A stretch of 64,000 bases of DNA, from the NCBI GenBank assembly GCA_965204175.1, contig OZ241978.1, positions 3,814,164 through 3,878,163 of the forward strand, in the 5' to 3' direction. The notes under the pieces are model-generated. The model made no database searches. It saw only the letters and a program-made list of their open reading frames with translations, and was not told the DNA's origin. This DNA comes from Vicinamibacterales bacterium. Its GTDB lineage: Bacteria; Acidobacteriota; Vicinamibacteria; Vicinamibacterales; UBA8438. Position numbers and translations under genes: made by a program. This document shows, in pieces, positions 20,301 to 28,669 of this stretch (its first letter is position 1; every line of letters begins with the position of its first letter).

Positions 20301-20388
20301 CGGCAGCAGCAGCGGATTGCGACTGCGCCGCGACCGCGCCGGTCAACGCCGCGATCACGAGTCCTGAAGCGATAACTGTCGTCCGCAT
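17374..20388 (-). CDS. DUF5916/CBM9-like (DOMON-like) outer-envelope protein with an extra N-terminal module
   Basis: Signal peptide MRTTVIASGLVIAALTGAVAAQ and an N-terminal roughly 170 aa module (VPFANLAGDPADDWIGVGIAEAVAIDL). An Ala/Pro-rich linker follows, then IRLDGVLDEPVYETVPAITDFIQQVPDIGAPATERTEAWIMFDDTNVYVSARVWD (CBM9-like). A long beta-rich C-terminus ends in ...FVVKFNRLFRF. Confidence 0.7.
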   Translation of the reverse strand: MRTTVIASGLVIAALTGAVAAQSQSAAAAVGNGALVLVVPFANLAGDPADDWIGVGIAEAVAIDLQMRGARVARAVAGSADSGADGGLQAGRRAGADRVVNGAYQRLGDRIRVTARLVAVADGAVLQSATVTGRVSDMFELQDQVAAGLRDGAAPAGSAAAAEREPALGMSPRADSESPAAETAVSAPQGRRGPFGQPAPPVRPAVPATPPGTAAAAVPPPGNAGAPVPAAAPVPDAAGRPFGQTAGLFVDAGLIDGPPAPVPPAVMTRDEAGRTTVRAVRLEDGIRLDGVLDEPVYETVPAITDFIQQVPDIGAPATERTEAWIMFDDTNVYVSARVWDSAPESQWVANEMRRDTSQLRQNDTFTAFFDTFYDRRNGFNFYTNPLGARADQQFTNEGNPNADWNPVWDVRTGRFGGGWTVEMEIPFKTLRYRSEPPHVWGIQLRRAIRRKNEWVYLTRLPISAGGGSGSAGIFRVSAAGSLVGLQPPPASRNIEVKPYAIGGITTDLTASPQLVDEGSGAGGLDVKYGITQNLTADFTWNTDFAQVEVDERQVNLTRFPLFFPEKREFFLEGRGIFGFARGGVTGRFGGPGGGPVGGVFGDVNVPQLFYSRKIGLEQGRIVPIVGGARVTGKIGQFDVGALNIQAGDESVSRSDPTNFTVVRLRRDVLRRSSVGAMFTNRSVSRVAPGSSQAYGVDGTFAFFENLSLVTYLARTRVPGPDHRGKDLSYQGAFEYAADRYGLKVDHLLVEDNFLPEVGFLRRDNFRRTYVTGRFSPRPQSIESVRQFSLEGSIDYILTADENHLETRQNIVAFQTEFESSDRLTFTATDNYELLVRPFTPPGSGFSIPVGGYSFADAGVSYSIGQQRRINGTVTVRRGAYFDGDLSTVELSQGRIAVLPQMSVEPTVSFNWIDTPYGKFQTNLGVTRVNYAFNPRMFFSGLLQYNSASNSFSSNLRLRWEYSPGSELFVVYTDDRDVTGGLRPDRSWDLRNRGFVVKFNRLFRF

Positions 20389-20506
20389 GGATTGGGCAAG
20401 GGTACCGGGATTAGAGGGCGTCGATCGGGTGCGCACGCAACCAGGTATGTTAGACGAATCCGCTTATGGGCGCGTTTAGCGCTCCTCGGCGAACCGGCGC
20501 AGGCCC

Positions 20507-22933
20507 CTAGTTCCGAAACAGCCGTGTGAGCTTGATCACGAACCCGCGGTCGCGAAACCCGTCGTAGCGATCCGGACGCAACGGATCCGTATCCTGCTCC
20601 TCCGTGTAGACGACGAACAGCTCGCTGCCCGGCGAGTACTCCCAGCGCAGCCGCAGATTGGTGCCCAGCGTCCGGTTGGCGGAGTTGTACTGCAGCAACC
20701 CGCTGAAGAACATGCGGGGCGAGAACGTGTAGTTCACCCGCGCCCGCCACAGGTCGGTGCGGAACGATCCGCCCGGCAGGTCGATCCAGTTGAACGAGGC
20801 GCTCGGCTCGACGGACAGCCGCGACGACAGATCGACCCGCCCCCGGCCGAGATCGACCGACGTGATCTCGCCGTCGAAGTAGCCGCCGGTCGCGACCTCC
20901 ACCCGCCCGTTGAGCAGCCGCTGCGGGCCGAGCGCGTAGGTCAGGCGCGTGTCGGCGAAGCGGTAGCCGCCGACGGGTATGGCAACGTCGCCGCCCGAGG
21001 GAAAGAAGGGAGCCTGCAGCAGCTCGTAGCTGTCGCTCAGGCGCACGCCGAACTGATCGCTGTTCTCGAGCTCGGTCTGGAACGCGATCTGGTTCTGGCG
21101 CGTCTCCAGCAACCCGGTGTCGGCCGTCAGGAAGTAGTCGTGGCTGGCCTCGAGCACGAACTGGCGCACCGACTCGATGGATCGCGGCCGCGGGCTGAAG
21201 CGTCCCGACAGCGACGTGCGGCGGAAGTTGCGCCGCCGCACGAAGCCGACCTCCGGCCGGAAGTCGTCCTCGACCAGCAGGTGGTCCACCTCCAGGCCGT
21301 AGCGGTCGGCGCCGTAGTCGAAGCGCGCCTGGTAGCTCGCGTCGCGCTCCGTCAGGCCGCTGGTGCGCGTCCTGGCGTAGTAGCCGAGCAGGTTGACGCT
21401 GTCGAAGAACGAAAAGACGGCGTCGGCGCCGTAGGCCTGGTTCGACCCGTCGCCGGAGAGCGACAGCGACCGGTTCGTCACGAGGGCGCCGACGCTGCTG
21501 CGCCGCAGGATGTCGCGCTTGACGCGGAGCACCGTGAAGTTCGTGTCCAGGGCGCCCGACAACGCCTCGTTGCCGGTCTGGATGTTCAGCGCTCCGACGT
21601 CGAACGCGCCGATCTTGCCGGTCAGGCGCCCCCCGCCGAGGATCGGCACCGCCTGTCCGCCCTGCAACCCGATGCGGCGGCTGTAGAACATCGTGGGCGC
21701 GTCGCCGCCGCCGAGCACGCTGCCCCGCCGCAGGCTGCGCGCCGTGCGGAAGCTGCCGCGGGCGAAGTCGAAGATGCCGCGGCCTTCGAGAAAGAACTCC
21801 CGCTTCTCGGGAAAGAACAGGTTGAAGCGGGTCAGGTTCACCTGCTGCTCGTCCACCTCGACCTGCGCGAAATCGGTGTTCCAGGTGAAGTCCGCGGTCA
21901 GGTTCTGCGTGATGCCGTACTTCAGGTCCACCCCGGCCTTGCCGTCGCCTTCGAGCCGTCGCTCCGGCGCCGCGCCGGGATTGGCCGGGTCCGCGCCGGC
22001 GGGCGTCAACCCGCCGATCGCGTACGGCTTGACTTCCAGGTGGACGCCGGCCGGCGGCGCTTCGAGCCCGACCAGCGTGCCGGCCGCGGACACGCGGAAG
22101 ACGCCGCCGCGCCCCCCGAATCCGGCGGCCGAGATCGGGATCAGGGTCAGGTAGGCCCACTCGTTCTTGCGCATCACGGTGCGCCGGAGCTGGATCCCCC
22201 AGACCTGGTCGCGCGCCGGCCGGTAGCGCAGCGACTTGAAGGGGACGACCATCTCGATGGTCCAGCCGCCGTCGAACCGGCCCGTCTTGACGTCCCACAC
22301 CGGGTTCCAGTCGCGGTTCGGGTTGCCCTCGTTGGTGAGGGCCTGATCGACGAAGCCGCCGAGGGGATTGGCGTAGAAGAGCAGCGCGTTGCGGCGGTCG
22401 TAGAAGGTGTCGATCAGGAAGCCGAACAGGTCGTTGTTCAGCATGTTGAACGCGTCGCGGCGCATCTCGGTCGCGACCCATTCGCCGGGCGGCGCGCTGT
22501 CCCAGCAGCGCCCGGCGACGTAGAAGTTCTCGTCGTCGAACATCACCCACGCGTCGGTCCGCTCGGTGGCGGGCGCTCCTTCATCGGGAAGCTGCTGGAT
22601 GAAGTCGGAGACCGGCGCCACGGCGTCGTAGACCGGCTCGTCGAGACGTCCGTCGACCTCGATGCCGGCGAGGAGCCGGATGGCGCGCATGGTCGCCTGC
22701 CCCCCGTCCCGCGTGATCACGTCGGGCGCCACCGGCGCGGGAGGACCGTCGATGACGACGTCGGTCTCGAACCGCGTCCCGTCGGGAACGGGCGCCGGCG
22801 TGCCGGCGGCAATCTGCGCCCGCGGCGACGGCTGCCCGGCGGGCTGCGCCGCCCCCGGCGCTGCGCACAGAACCAGCGAACCCAGGGTGACGCCGACGAT
22901 GGTCGCTCTCATGAACGCTGTGGATCGTCGCAT
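20507..22933 (-). CDS. DUF5916/CBM9-like outer-envelope protein (tandem paralogue of 17374-20388)
   Basis: Colinear with the upstream neighbour from IEVDGRLDEPVYDAVAPVSDFIQQLPDEGAPATERTDAWVMFDDENFYVAGRCWD to ...FVIKLTRLFRN. Start at MRRSTAFMRATIVG inside the much longer artefactual ORF 20507-23992. Confidence 0.7.
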   Translation of the reverse strand: MRRSTAFMRATIVGVTLGSLVLCAAPGAAQPAGQPSPRAQIAAGTPAPVPDGTRFETDVVIDGPPAPVAPDVITRDGGQATMRAIRLLAGIEVDGRLDEPVYDAVAPVSDFIQQLPDEGAPATERTDAWVMFDDENFYVAGRCWDSAPPGEWVATEMRRDAFNMLNNDLFGFLIDTFYDRRNALLFYANPLGGFVDQALTNEGNPNRDWNPVWDVKTGRFDGGWTIEMVVPFKSLRYRPARDQVWGIQLRRTVMRKNEWAYLTLIPISAAGFGGRGGVFRVSAAGTLVGLEAPPAGVHLEVKPYAIGGLTPAGADPANPGAAPERRLEGDGKAGVDLKYGITQNLTADFTWNTDFAQVEVDEQQVNLTRFNLFFPEKREFFLEGRGIFDFARGSFRTARSLRRGSVLGGGDAPTMFYSRRIGLQGGQAVPILGGGRLTGKIGAFDVGALNIQTGNEALSGALDTNFTVLRVKRDILRRSSVGALVTNRSLSLSGDGSNQAYGADAVFSFFDSVNLLGYYARTRTSGLTERDASYQARFDYGADRYGLEVDHLLVEDDFRPEVGFVRRRNFRRTSLSGRFSPRPRSIESVRQFVLEASHDYFLTADTGLLETRQNQIAFQTELENSDQFGVRLSDSYELLQAPFFPSGGDVAIPVGGYRFADTRLTYALGPQRLLNGRVEVATGGYFDGEITSVDLGRGRVDLSSRLSVEPSASFNWIDLPGGSFRTDLWRARVNYTFSPRMFFSGLLQYNSANRTLGTNLRLRWEYSPGSELFVVYTEEQDTDPLRPDRYDGFRDRGFVIKLTRLFRN

Positions 22934-23107
22934 ATTCGGCCGGACAGGACGCTGGAGACAACGGCGGCGCGCGGCGGCGGGCCGCCGCGGTCCCGGATCG
23001 CAGCCGCGCGCCCTCCCGGTTGCGGCAGCGGACCCCGCGCGTCTTGACGCCCCCCGCCCCCGGTTGTAGGCTCGGCTCACCGCAAAAGAGCCTTGAGGAG
23101 GAAACCC

Positions 23108-24157
23108 ATGAAGGTGTCCGCACGACTCGTTCCACTCGTCTTCGTGGTCCTGGCCATCGTCACCGCCGGGGCCGCCACCATGCAGGACAAGGCCGGCCAG
23201 ACCGCCTCGATGGCGGAAGCGGCGCAGGCCTTCCTCGACTCGCTGACGCCGGAGCAGCGCTCGGCCGCGATGTTCGCGTTCGACAGCGACGATCGCTTCG
23301 ACTGGCACTACATCCCCCGCGAGCGCAAGGGCGTGCCGCTCAAGACGATGAGCGGGCCGCAGAAGAAGGCCGCGCTGGCCCTCGTGGAGGCCAGCCTGAG
23401 CGCCGAGGGCTACGACAAGTCCGAGCGGATCCGCCAGCTCGAGCAGATCCTGTTCGACCGCGAAGGGCGCGCCATCCGCGACACCGAGCTCTACTTCTTC
23501 ATGATCTTCGGCGAGCCGACGGCGGACGGCACGTGGGGCTGGCGCTACGAGGGGCACCACATCTCGGGGAACTGGACCGTCCACGACGGCATGCTCAGCT
23601 CCAGCACGCCGCAGTTCTTCGGCACCAACCCGGCCTACGTCCGCGAGGGCAGCCGCGCCGGCGAGCGGGTCCTCGTTCTGGAGGACATCCTGCCGCGCAG
23701 CCTCATCGCCTCGATGTCCGACGCCCACCGCCGGGCCGCCGTCATCTCCGACGAGGCCCCGAGCGACATCCTGACCACCTCGGACCGGCAGGCCGCGATA
23801 CAGGAGAACACCGGCGTCGCCTTCGGCGATCTGAGCCGCGGCCAGCAGGACGTCCTCTGGGCGCTGATCGAGGAGTACGCCAACGTGCAACCGCCCGCGG
23901 TCGCAGCCGAGCGTCTCGCCAAGGTCAAGGAGGCCGGGCTCGACGGCATCCGGTTCGCCTGGGCGGGCAGTCTCGACGAGGGCCAGCCGCACTACTACCG
24001 CGTGCAGGGGCCGACGTTCCTAATCGAGTACGACAACGTGCAGAACACGGCGAACCACGTCCACAGCGTATGGCGCGACTTCGACGGCGACTTCGGCCGC
24101 GACGTGCTCGCCGCGCACTATCAGCGGTACGCGCACGACACGGTCAACGCGAACTGA
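23108..24157 (+). CDS. DUF3500 domain-containing secreted protein
   Basis: GAGGAGG SD before the ATG at 23108. AAQAFLDSLTPEQRSAAMFAFDSDDRFDWHYIPRERKG...GHHISGNWTV... is typical of DUF3500. Confidence 0.75.
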   Translation: MKVSARLVPLVFVVLAIVTAGAATMQDKAGQTASMAEAAQAFLDSLTPEQRSAAMFAFDSDDRFDWHYIPRERKGVPLKTMSGPQKKAALALVEASLSAEGYDKSERIRQLEQILFDREGRAIRDTELYFFMIFGEPTADGTWGWRYEGHHISGNWTVHDGMLSSSTPQFFGTNPAYVREGSRAGERVLVLEDILPRSLIASMSDAHRRAAVISDEAPSDILTTSDRQAAIQENTGVAFGDLSRGQQDVLWALIEEYANVQPPAVAAERLAKVKEAGLDGIRFAWAGSLDEGQPHYYRVQGPTFLIEYDNVQNTANHVHSVWRDFDGDFGRDVLAAHYQRYAHDTVNAN

Positions 24158-24299
24158 GCGCCGACCCGACGCCGGATGGCGGCGTTTCCCGGCCGGAACG
24201 GGGAATCATCCCCCTGCGGGACCCGGCGGCCATTCGAGCACGGCGCGGATGATCGGAGCCGGGCGGCCGCCCCCGTCCGGCTCTTTCTTCGTACGGTCG

Positions 24300-25607
24300 T
24301 CACGATGGAATCGGGCGGGCGGTCGGCTCGGCGTTCGAGCGGATGATCACCAGCGTGCGATCGTCCACCTGCTTGCCGGCCCCGAACCGGTGCACGTCCT
24401 GCATCACGCGGCTGCAAAGCTCGGTGGCGCCGGCCTCCCCCGCCTCCCGCAGGGTCGTGATGAGCCGCGCTCTGCCGTACTCCTCGCCCTCCGGATTCGT
24501 CTGCTCGACGATGCCGTCGGTGTGCAGCCCGAGGACGTCGCCGGGCGCCAGCGTCGCGTGCCCCTCGAAGTAACGCGGAGACTCGAACAGGCCGAGCGGC
24601 ACGCCGCCTTCCTCCAACAGCTCCACCTCGCCGTTCGCGCGCACCAGCACCGGCGGCACGTGGCCGGCATTGACGTAGAGCAGGCTCCGCGCCGGGACGT
24701 CGAGCACCATGTAGAACAGCGTGACGTAGCGCCCCTCCTCGACCGACTCGTGGAAGAAACGGTTCGCACGGCGCATGATCGCGCGCACAGCCAGCTCGTG
24801 GCCGACCAGCGAGGCGATGGACGCGCGGGTCGCGGCGACCAGCAGCGCCGCCGCGACGCCCTTGCCGACGACGTCCGCGATCACGACGCCCCAGCGATCC
24901 TCCGGCAGCGGAATGAACTCGTAGTAGTCGCCGCCGACGGCCAGCGACGACTCGTGCGCCCCCGCGATGTCGAATCCGGCCACCGCCGGGGTCGCCCGCG
25001 GCAGCAGATCCGCCATGACGTCGCGCGCCAGGGCGAGGTCGCTGTCGAGGCGGCGCTTGACGCGGACCTCGGCGATGAGCCGGGCGTTCTCGATGGTCGC
25101 GGCGACGGCAGCGGCATAGACCTCGACCACCGCCTCGGCTGCCGGGTCGTATCCGGACGGCCGGTCGGACCACAGGTCGAGCGCCCCTCGGATCCGTCCC
25201 CGGGAGCCGACGAGAGGCACGACGAGACGCGAACGCGCCTGTCGGCGTCCTTCGCAGACGCCGGGCTGATCGTGCAGCGAAACCGGCTCGCCGCCGGCGA
25301 GAACCCGGCCCACCACGCCGTGACCCTCGAACGGCGCCGACATCTCTGCCGGAACGGGATTGACGCAGCCGCGCACGAGGCTGTGGGACACGCGCCCCCC
25401 CAACTGATCGACGACGTAAATCGCCGCCGCATCGTGGTCGACCAGCGACACCAGGCCGTCGAGGATGCCGTTCAGGATGCGGTCGGCATCGCTGCCGTCG
25501 GTCGTCAGGCGGAACGCCTCGACCATGACACGGCCGCCGGTGACGGCGTCCTCGCCGACCCTCGCAGTCGGCCGGCCGGAGTCTGCCGGCGCGCCCGTCC
25601 CATCCAT
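24300..25607 (-). CDS. GAF domain-containing PP2C/SpoIIE-family phosphatase (RsbU-like)
   Basis: N-terminal GAF-like region(s), then LLPRATPAVAGFDIAGAHESSLAVGGDYYEF...VIADVVGKGVAAALL...NAGHVPP...LHTDGI SpoIIE motifs. Confidence 0.8.
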   Translation of the reverse strand: MDGTGAPADSGRPTARVGEDAVTGGRVMVEAFRLTTDGSDADRILNGILDGLVSLVDHDAAAIYVVDQLGGRVSHSLVRGCVNPVPAEMSAPFEGHGVVGRVLAGGEPVSLHDQPGVCEGRRQARSRLVVPLVGSRGRIRGALDLWSDRPSGYDPAAEAVVEVYAAAVAATIENARLIAEVRVKRRLDSDLALARDVMADLLPRATPAVAGFDIAGAHESSLAVGGDYYEFIPLPEDRWGVVIADVVGKGVAAALLVAATRASIASLVGHELAVRAIMRRANRFFHESVEEGRYVTLFYMVLDVPARSLLYVNAGHVPPVLVRANGEVELLEEGGVPLGLFESPRYFEGHATLAPGDVLGLHTDGIVEQTNPEGEEYGRARLITTLREAGEAGATELCSRVMQDVHRFGAGKQVDDRTLVIIRSNAEPTARPIPS

Positions 25608-25704
25608 GCACCTATTCTAGCGCCCCGAAACGCTACCGGAGCAGGACTGCTACAATGTCGGATTACGCCGAGTGCGAAGCGGGTGCTTCGCGGGCACGCA
25701 CGGT

Positions 25705-25781
25705 GGTGAGTGTAGCTCAGTTGGTGGAGCGCCGGACTGTGGCTCCGGAGGTCGCGGGTTCAAGCCCCGTCACTCACCCCA
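25705..25781 (+). tRNA. tRNA-His (anticodon GTG) with genome-encoded G-1 and CCA
   Basis: Hand-folded cloverleaf: G(-1) GTGAGTG TA GCTC AGTTGGTG GAGC G CCGGA CTGTGGC TCCGG AGGTC GCGGG TTCAAGC CCCGT CACTCAC C CCA. Confidence 0.9.
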
Positions 25782-25798
25782 ACCTCTATCGGCCGCGA

Positions 25799-27103
25799 TT
25801 GCTGCGGCGCTGTCTACGGGCCGGGGCGGGTGTTCTCCTCGGCGCCGTATCGTTGATCGCCTGCGGCGCGGGAGCCAACGCCGAACGCGGGCTCCCGGCA
25901 TCGTCCGGGCAGCAGGCCACCGGCGGCATCGACCGTCCCGCCGCGGAATCGCGCCCGCATGTCGTCCTGGTCTCGTTCGACGGCTTTCACCCCGGGTACC
26001 TCGACCGCTTCGACACACCGCACTTCGACCGCCTCGCGGCGCGCGGGATGCGTGCGGCCGGTCTCGTCAGCGTATTTCCGTCGCTGACCTTCCCCGGACA
26101 CTACTCGATCGCCACCGGCCTGCACCCGGAAACCCACGGCATCGTCGGGAACCGGTTCTTCGATCCGGTGCGCGGCGCGGAGTTCAGCTACCGCCGGAGC
26201 GAGGACGCGCAGGACGGCACCTGGTGGGGCGGCGAGCCGATCTGGGTCACCGCGGAGAACCAGGGCCTGATCTCGGCCGCCTTCTTCTTTCCCGGCACGG
26301 AGGCCGACATCGGGGGCGTGCGGCCGAGCCACTGGCGGCCGTACGACGGGCGCGTCCCCAATCGCGAACGGATCGAGCAGGTCCTCGCCTGGCTCGCCCT
26401 GCCGCCCGCCGCACGCCCGCACCTGGTCACGCTCTATTTCTCGCTCGTCGACAGCGCCGGCCACCGGCTCGGCCCGGACCATGCGGCCATGCGGCGCAGC
26501 GTCGAGAGCGCCGACGGGCTGCTGGGAACGTTGACGGCGGGCCTCGACGCCCTGCCCCATGCGGAACGTGTCGCGCTCGTCGTGGTTTCCGATCACGGCA
26601 TGGCCGCGCCGGACCCCGACAGGACCACCGTGCTCCCGGCGGTGGCGGAGCTTGCGGGCGTGCGCATCGTCGCCGCCGGCCCCTCGCTCAGCCTGCACGT
26701 CGGCGACCCGGAGCGTGCGCGCGCCCTGCGCGACCGGCTCAACGCCCGCCTGGCCCACGCGCGGGCCTACCTGCGCGAGGAGCTCCCGGAGCACCTGCAC
26801 GCCGGCGGCAACCCGCGGCTGGGCGACGTGCTCGTGATGCCGGCCGGGCTGGGCATGGTGCAGCTCGGCCCCGACGACAGACCGCCGGCCGGCATGCACG
26901 GCTGGGACCCGACGCTGCCCGAGATGCACGGCATCTTCCTGGCCGCCGGTCCGGGCATCGCCCCGGGCACGGCGCTGCCCGCGGTGAACGCGGTGGACGT
27001 CTACCCGCTCCTCGCCCATCTGCTCGGCCTGATCCCGCCACCCGACGTCGCCGGAGACCTCGCGGCGTTCGCACCCGCGCTGGAATCCGAAGCGGTCCGC
27101 TGA
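25799..27103 (+). CDS. Nucleotide pyrophosphatase/phosphodiesterase (alkaline-phosphatase superfamily, NPP type), lipoprotein-like
   Basis: VVLVSFDGFHPGYLDRFDTPHFDRLAARGM...VFPSLTFPGHYSIATGLHPETHGIVGNRF and VVSDHGM motifs. The ORF's upstream part overlaps tRNA-His, so a TTG start at 25799 is proposed (LLRRCLRAGAGVLLGAVSLIAC lipobox-like). Confidence 0.75.
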   Translation: MLRRCLRAGAGVLLGAVSLIACGAGANAERGLPASSGQQATGGIDRPAAESRPHVVLVSFDGFHPGYLDRFDTPHFDRLAARGMRAAGLVSVFPSLTFPGHYSIATGLHPETHGIVGNRFFDPVRGAEFSYRRSEDAQDGTWWGGEPIWVTAENQGLISAAFFFPGTEADIGGVRPSHWRPYDGRVPNRERIEQVLAWLALPPAARPHLVTLYFSLVDSAGHRLGPDHAAMRRSVESADGLLGTLTAGLDALPHAERVALVVVSDHGMAAPDPDRTTVLPAVAELAGVRIVAAGPSLSLHVGDPERARALRDRLNARLAHARAYLREELPEHLHAGGNPRLGDVLVMPAGLGMVQLGPDDRPPAGMHGWDPTLPEMHGIFLAAGPGIAPGTALPAVNAVDVYPLLAHLLGLIPPPDVAGDLAAFAPALESEAVR

Positions 27104-27123
27104 ACCGCAGAAACGGAAGACGG

Positions 27124-28035
27124 ATGACGACGCGCGTACAGTCCGTAATCGACCGGTCGGGCAGCCCGGTGTTCCCCGGCGTCTACGACACGCTGTCGGC
27201 GAAGCTGGCCGAGCGGGCCGGCTTCGAGCTCGCGTTCGTGTCCGGCTATGCCGTCTCGGCCACCTGCATCGGCGAGCCCGACATCGGACTGCTGACCCAG
27301 AGCGAGGTGATCGACCGGGCGCGGCGCATCTGCGGCAGCGCCGGCATCCCGATCCTCGTCGACGCCGACACCGGCTACGGCAATCCGCTGAACGTGATCC
27401 GCACCGTGCGCGAGTTGATCGCGGCGGGAGCGGCCGGCTGCTTCCTGGAGGACCAGGTGTGGCCGAAGCGCTGCGGCCACATGCGCGGCAAGCGGGTCGT
27501 CCCGCGCGACGAGTACCTGGGCAAGATCCGCGCCGCGGTGGACGCCAGGGGCGACGCCGACTTCTTCATCGTCGCCCGCACCGACGCCATCGCCGACGGC
27601 GGCCTGGACGAAGCCCTGGCGCGCGCGGAGGCGGCTCGTGCAGCCGGGGCCGACGCCACGTTCATCGAGGCGCCCCGGACCCGCGAAGAGCTGATCGAAG
27701 TCGGCCGCCGGGCCCCGCAGCCGACCGTGGCGAACATGGTCGAGCAGGGGCGGACCCCGGTACTGCCGCGGGACGAGCTGGCTGCGCTCGGGTTCCAGCT
27801 CATCCTCTACCCGGTGTCCGGTCTGTATGCGGCGGCCAGGGCGCTGGAAGCGGTGTACGGACGCCTGCGCGCGGAAGGCACGACCGCGGGCGCCGAGAAC
27901 GAGCTGATTGCCTTCGAGCGGTTCAACGACCTGATTGGCGTGGAGGAGAAGCACGCCCTCGCCGCGCGCTACGGCGGCGATTCGCAGCCCGACCATCGTC
28001 GCCCGCGGTTCCGATTGCCATCCAACCGGACCTGA
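27124..28035 (+). CDS. Isocitrate lyase/PEP mutase family protein (methylisocitrate lyase / carboxyvinyl-carboxyphosphonate phosphorylmutase-like)
   Basis: PGVYDTLSAKLAERAGFELAFVSGY..., VDADTGYGNPLNV, FLEDQVWPKRCGHMRGK and IVARTDA are family signatures. Confidence 0.8.
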   Translation: MTTRVQSVIDRSGSPVFPGVYDTLSAKLAERAGFELAFVSGYAVSATCIGEPDIGLLTQSEVIDRARRICGSAGIPILVDADTGYGNPLNVIRTVRELIAAGAAGCFLEDQVWPKRCGHMRGKRVVPRDEYLGKIRAAVDARGDADFFIVARTDAIADGGLDEALARAEAARAAGADATFIEAPRTREELIEVGRRAPQPTVANMVEQGRTPVLPRDELAALGFQLILYPVSGLYAAARALEAVYGRLRAEGTTAGAENELIAFERFNDLIGVEEKHALAARYGGDSQPDHRRPRFRLPSNRT

Positions 28036-28175
28036 CCGGCGCCCGCGCTCGGGTAGACGGCGAGTTCCTCCCGGCCCTGGCGCTTCCGAACCGGGCGCGC
28101 CCTGCCGCACCGACACGTAAAGTGGCGCGTATCCGCTGCCGGAAGCTATAATGCCGCTCCCCTGGGAGGTGACGC

Positions 28176-28655
<480 letters not shown>

Positions 28656-28669
28656 CGGGAGAAACAGCC

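Noticed and set aside
25655-25798. ATG at 25655 as the start of the phosphodiesterase gene.
   Set aside because: That N-terminal extension would be translated straight through the tRNA-His gene (25705-25781). A TTG at 25799 gives a sensible lipoprotein-like signal peptide.
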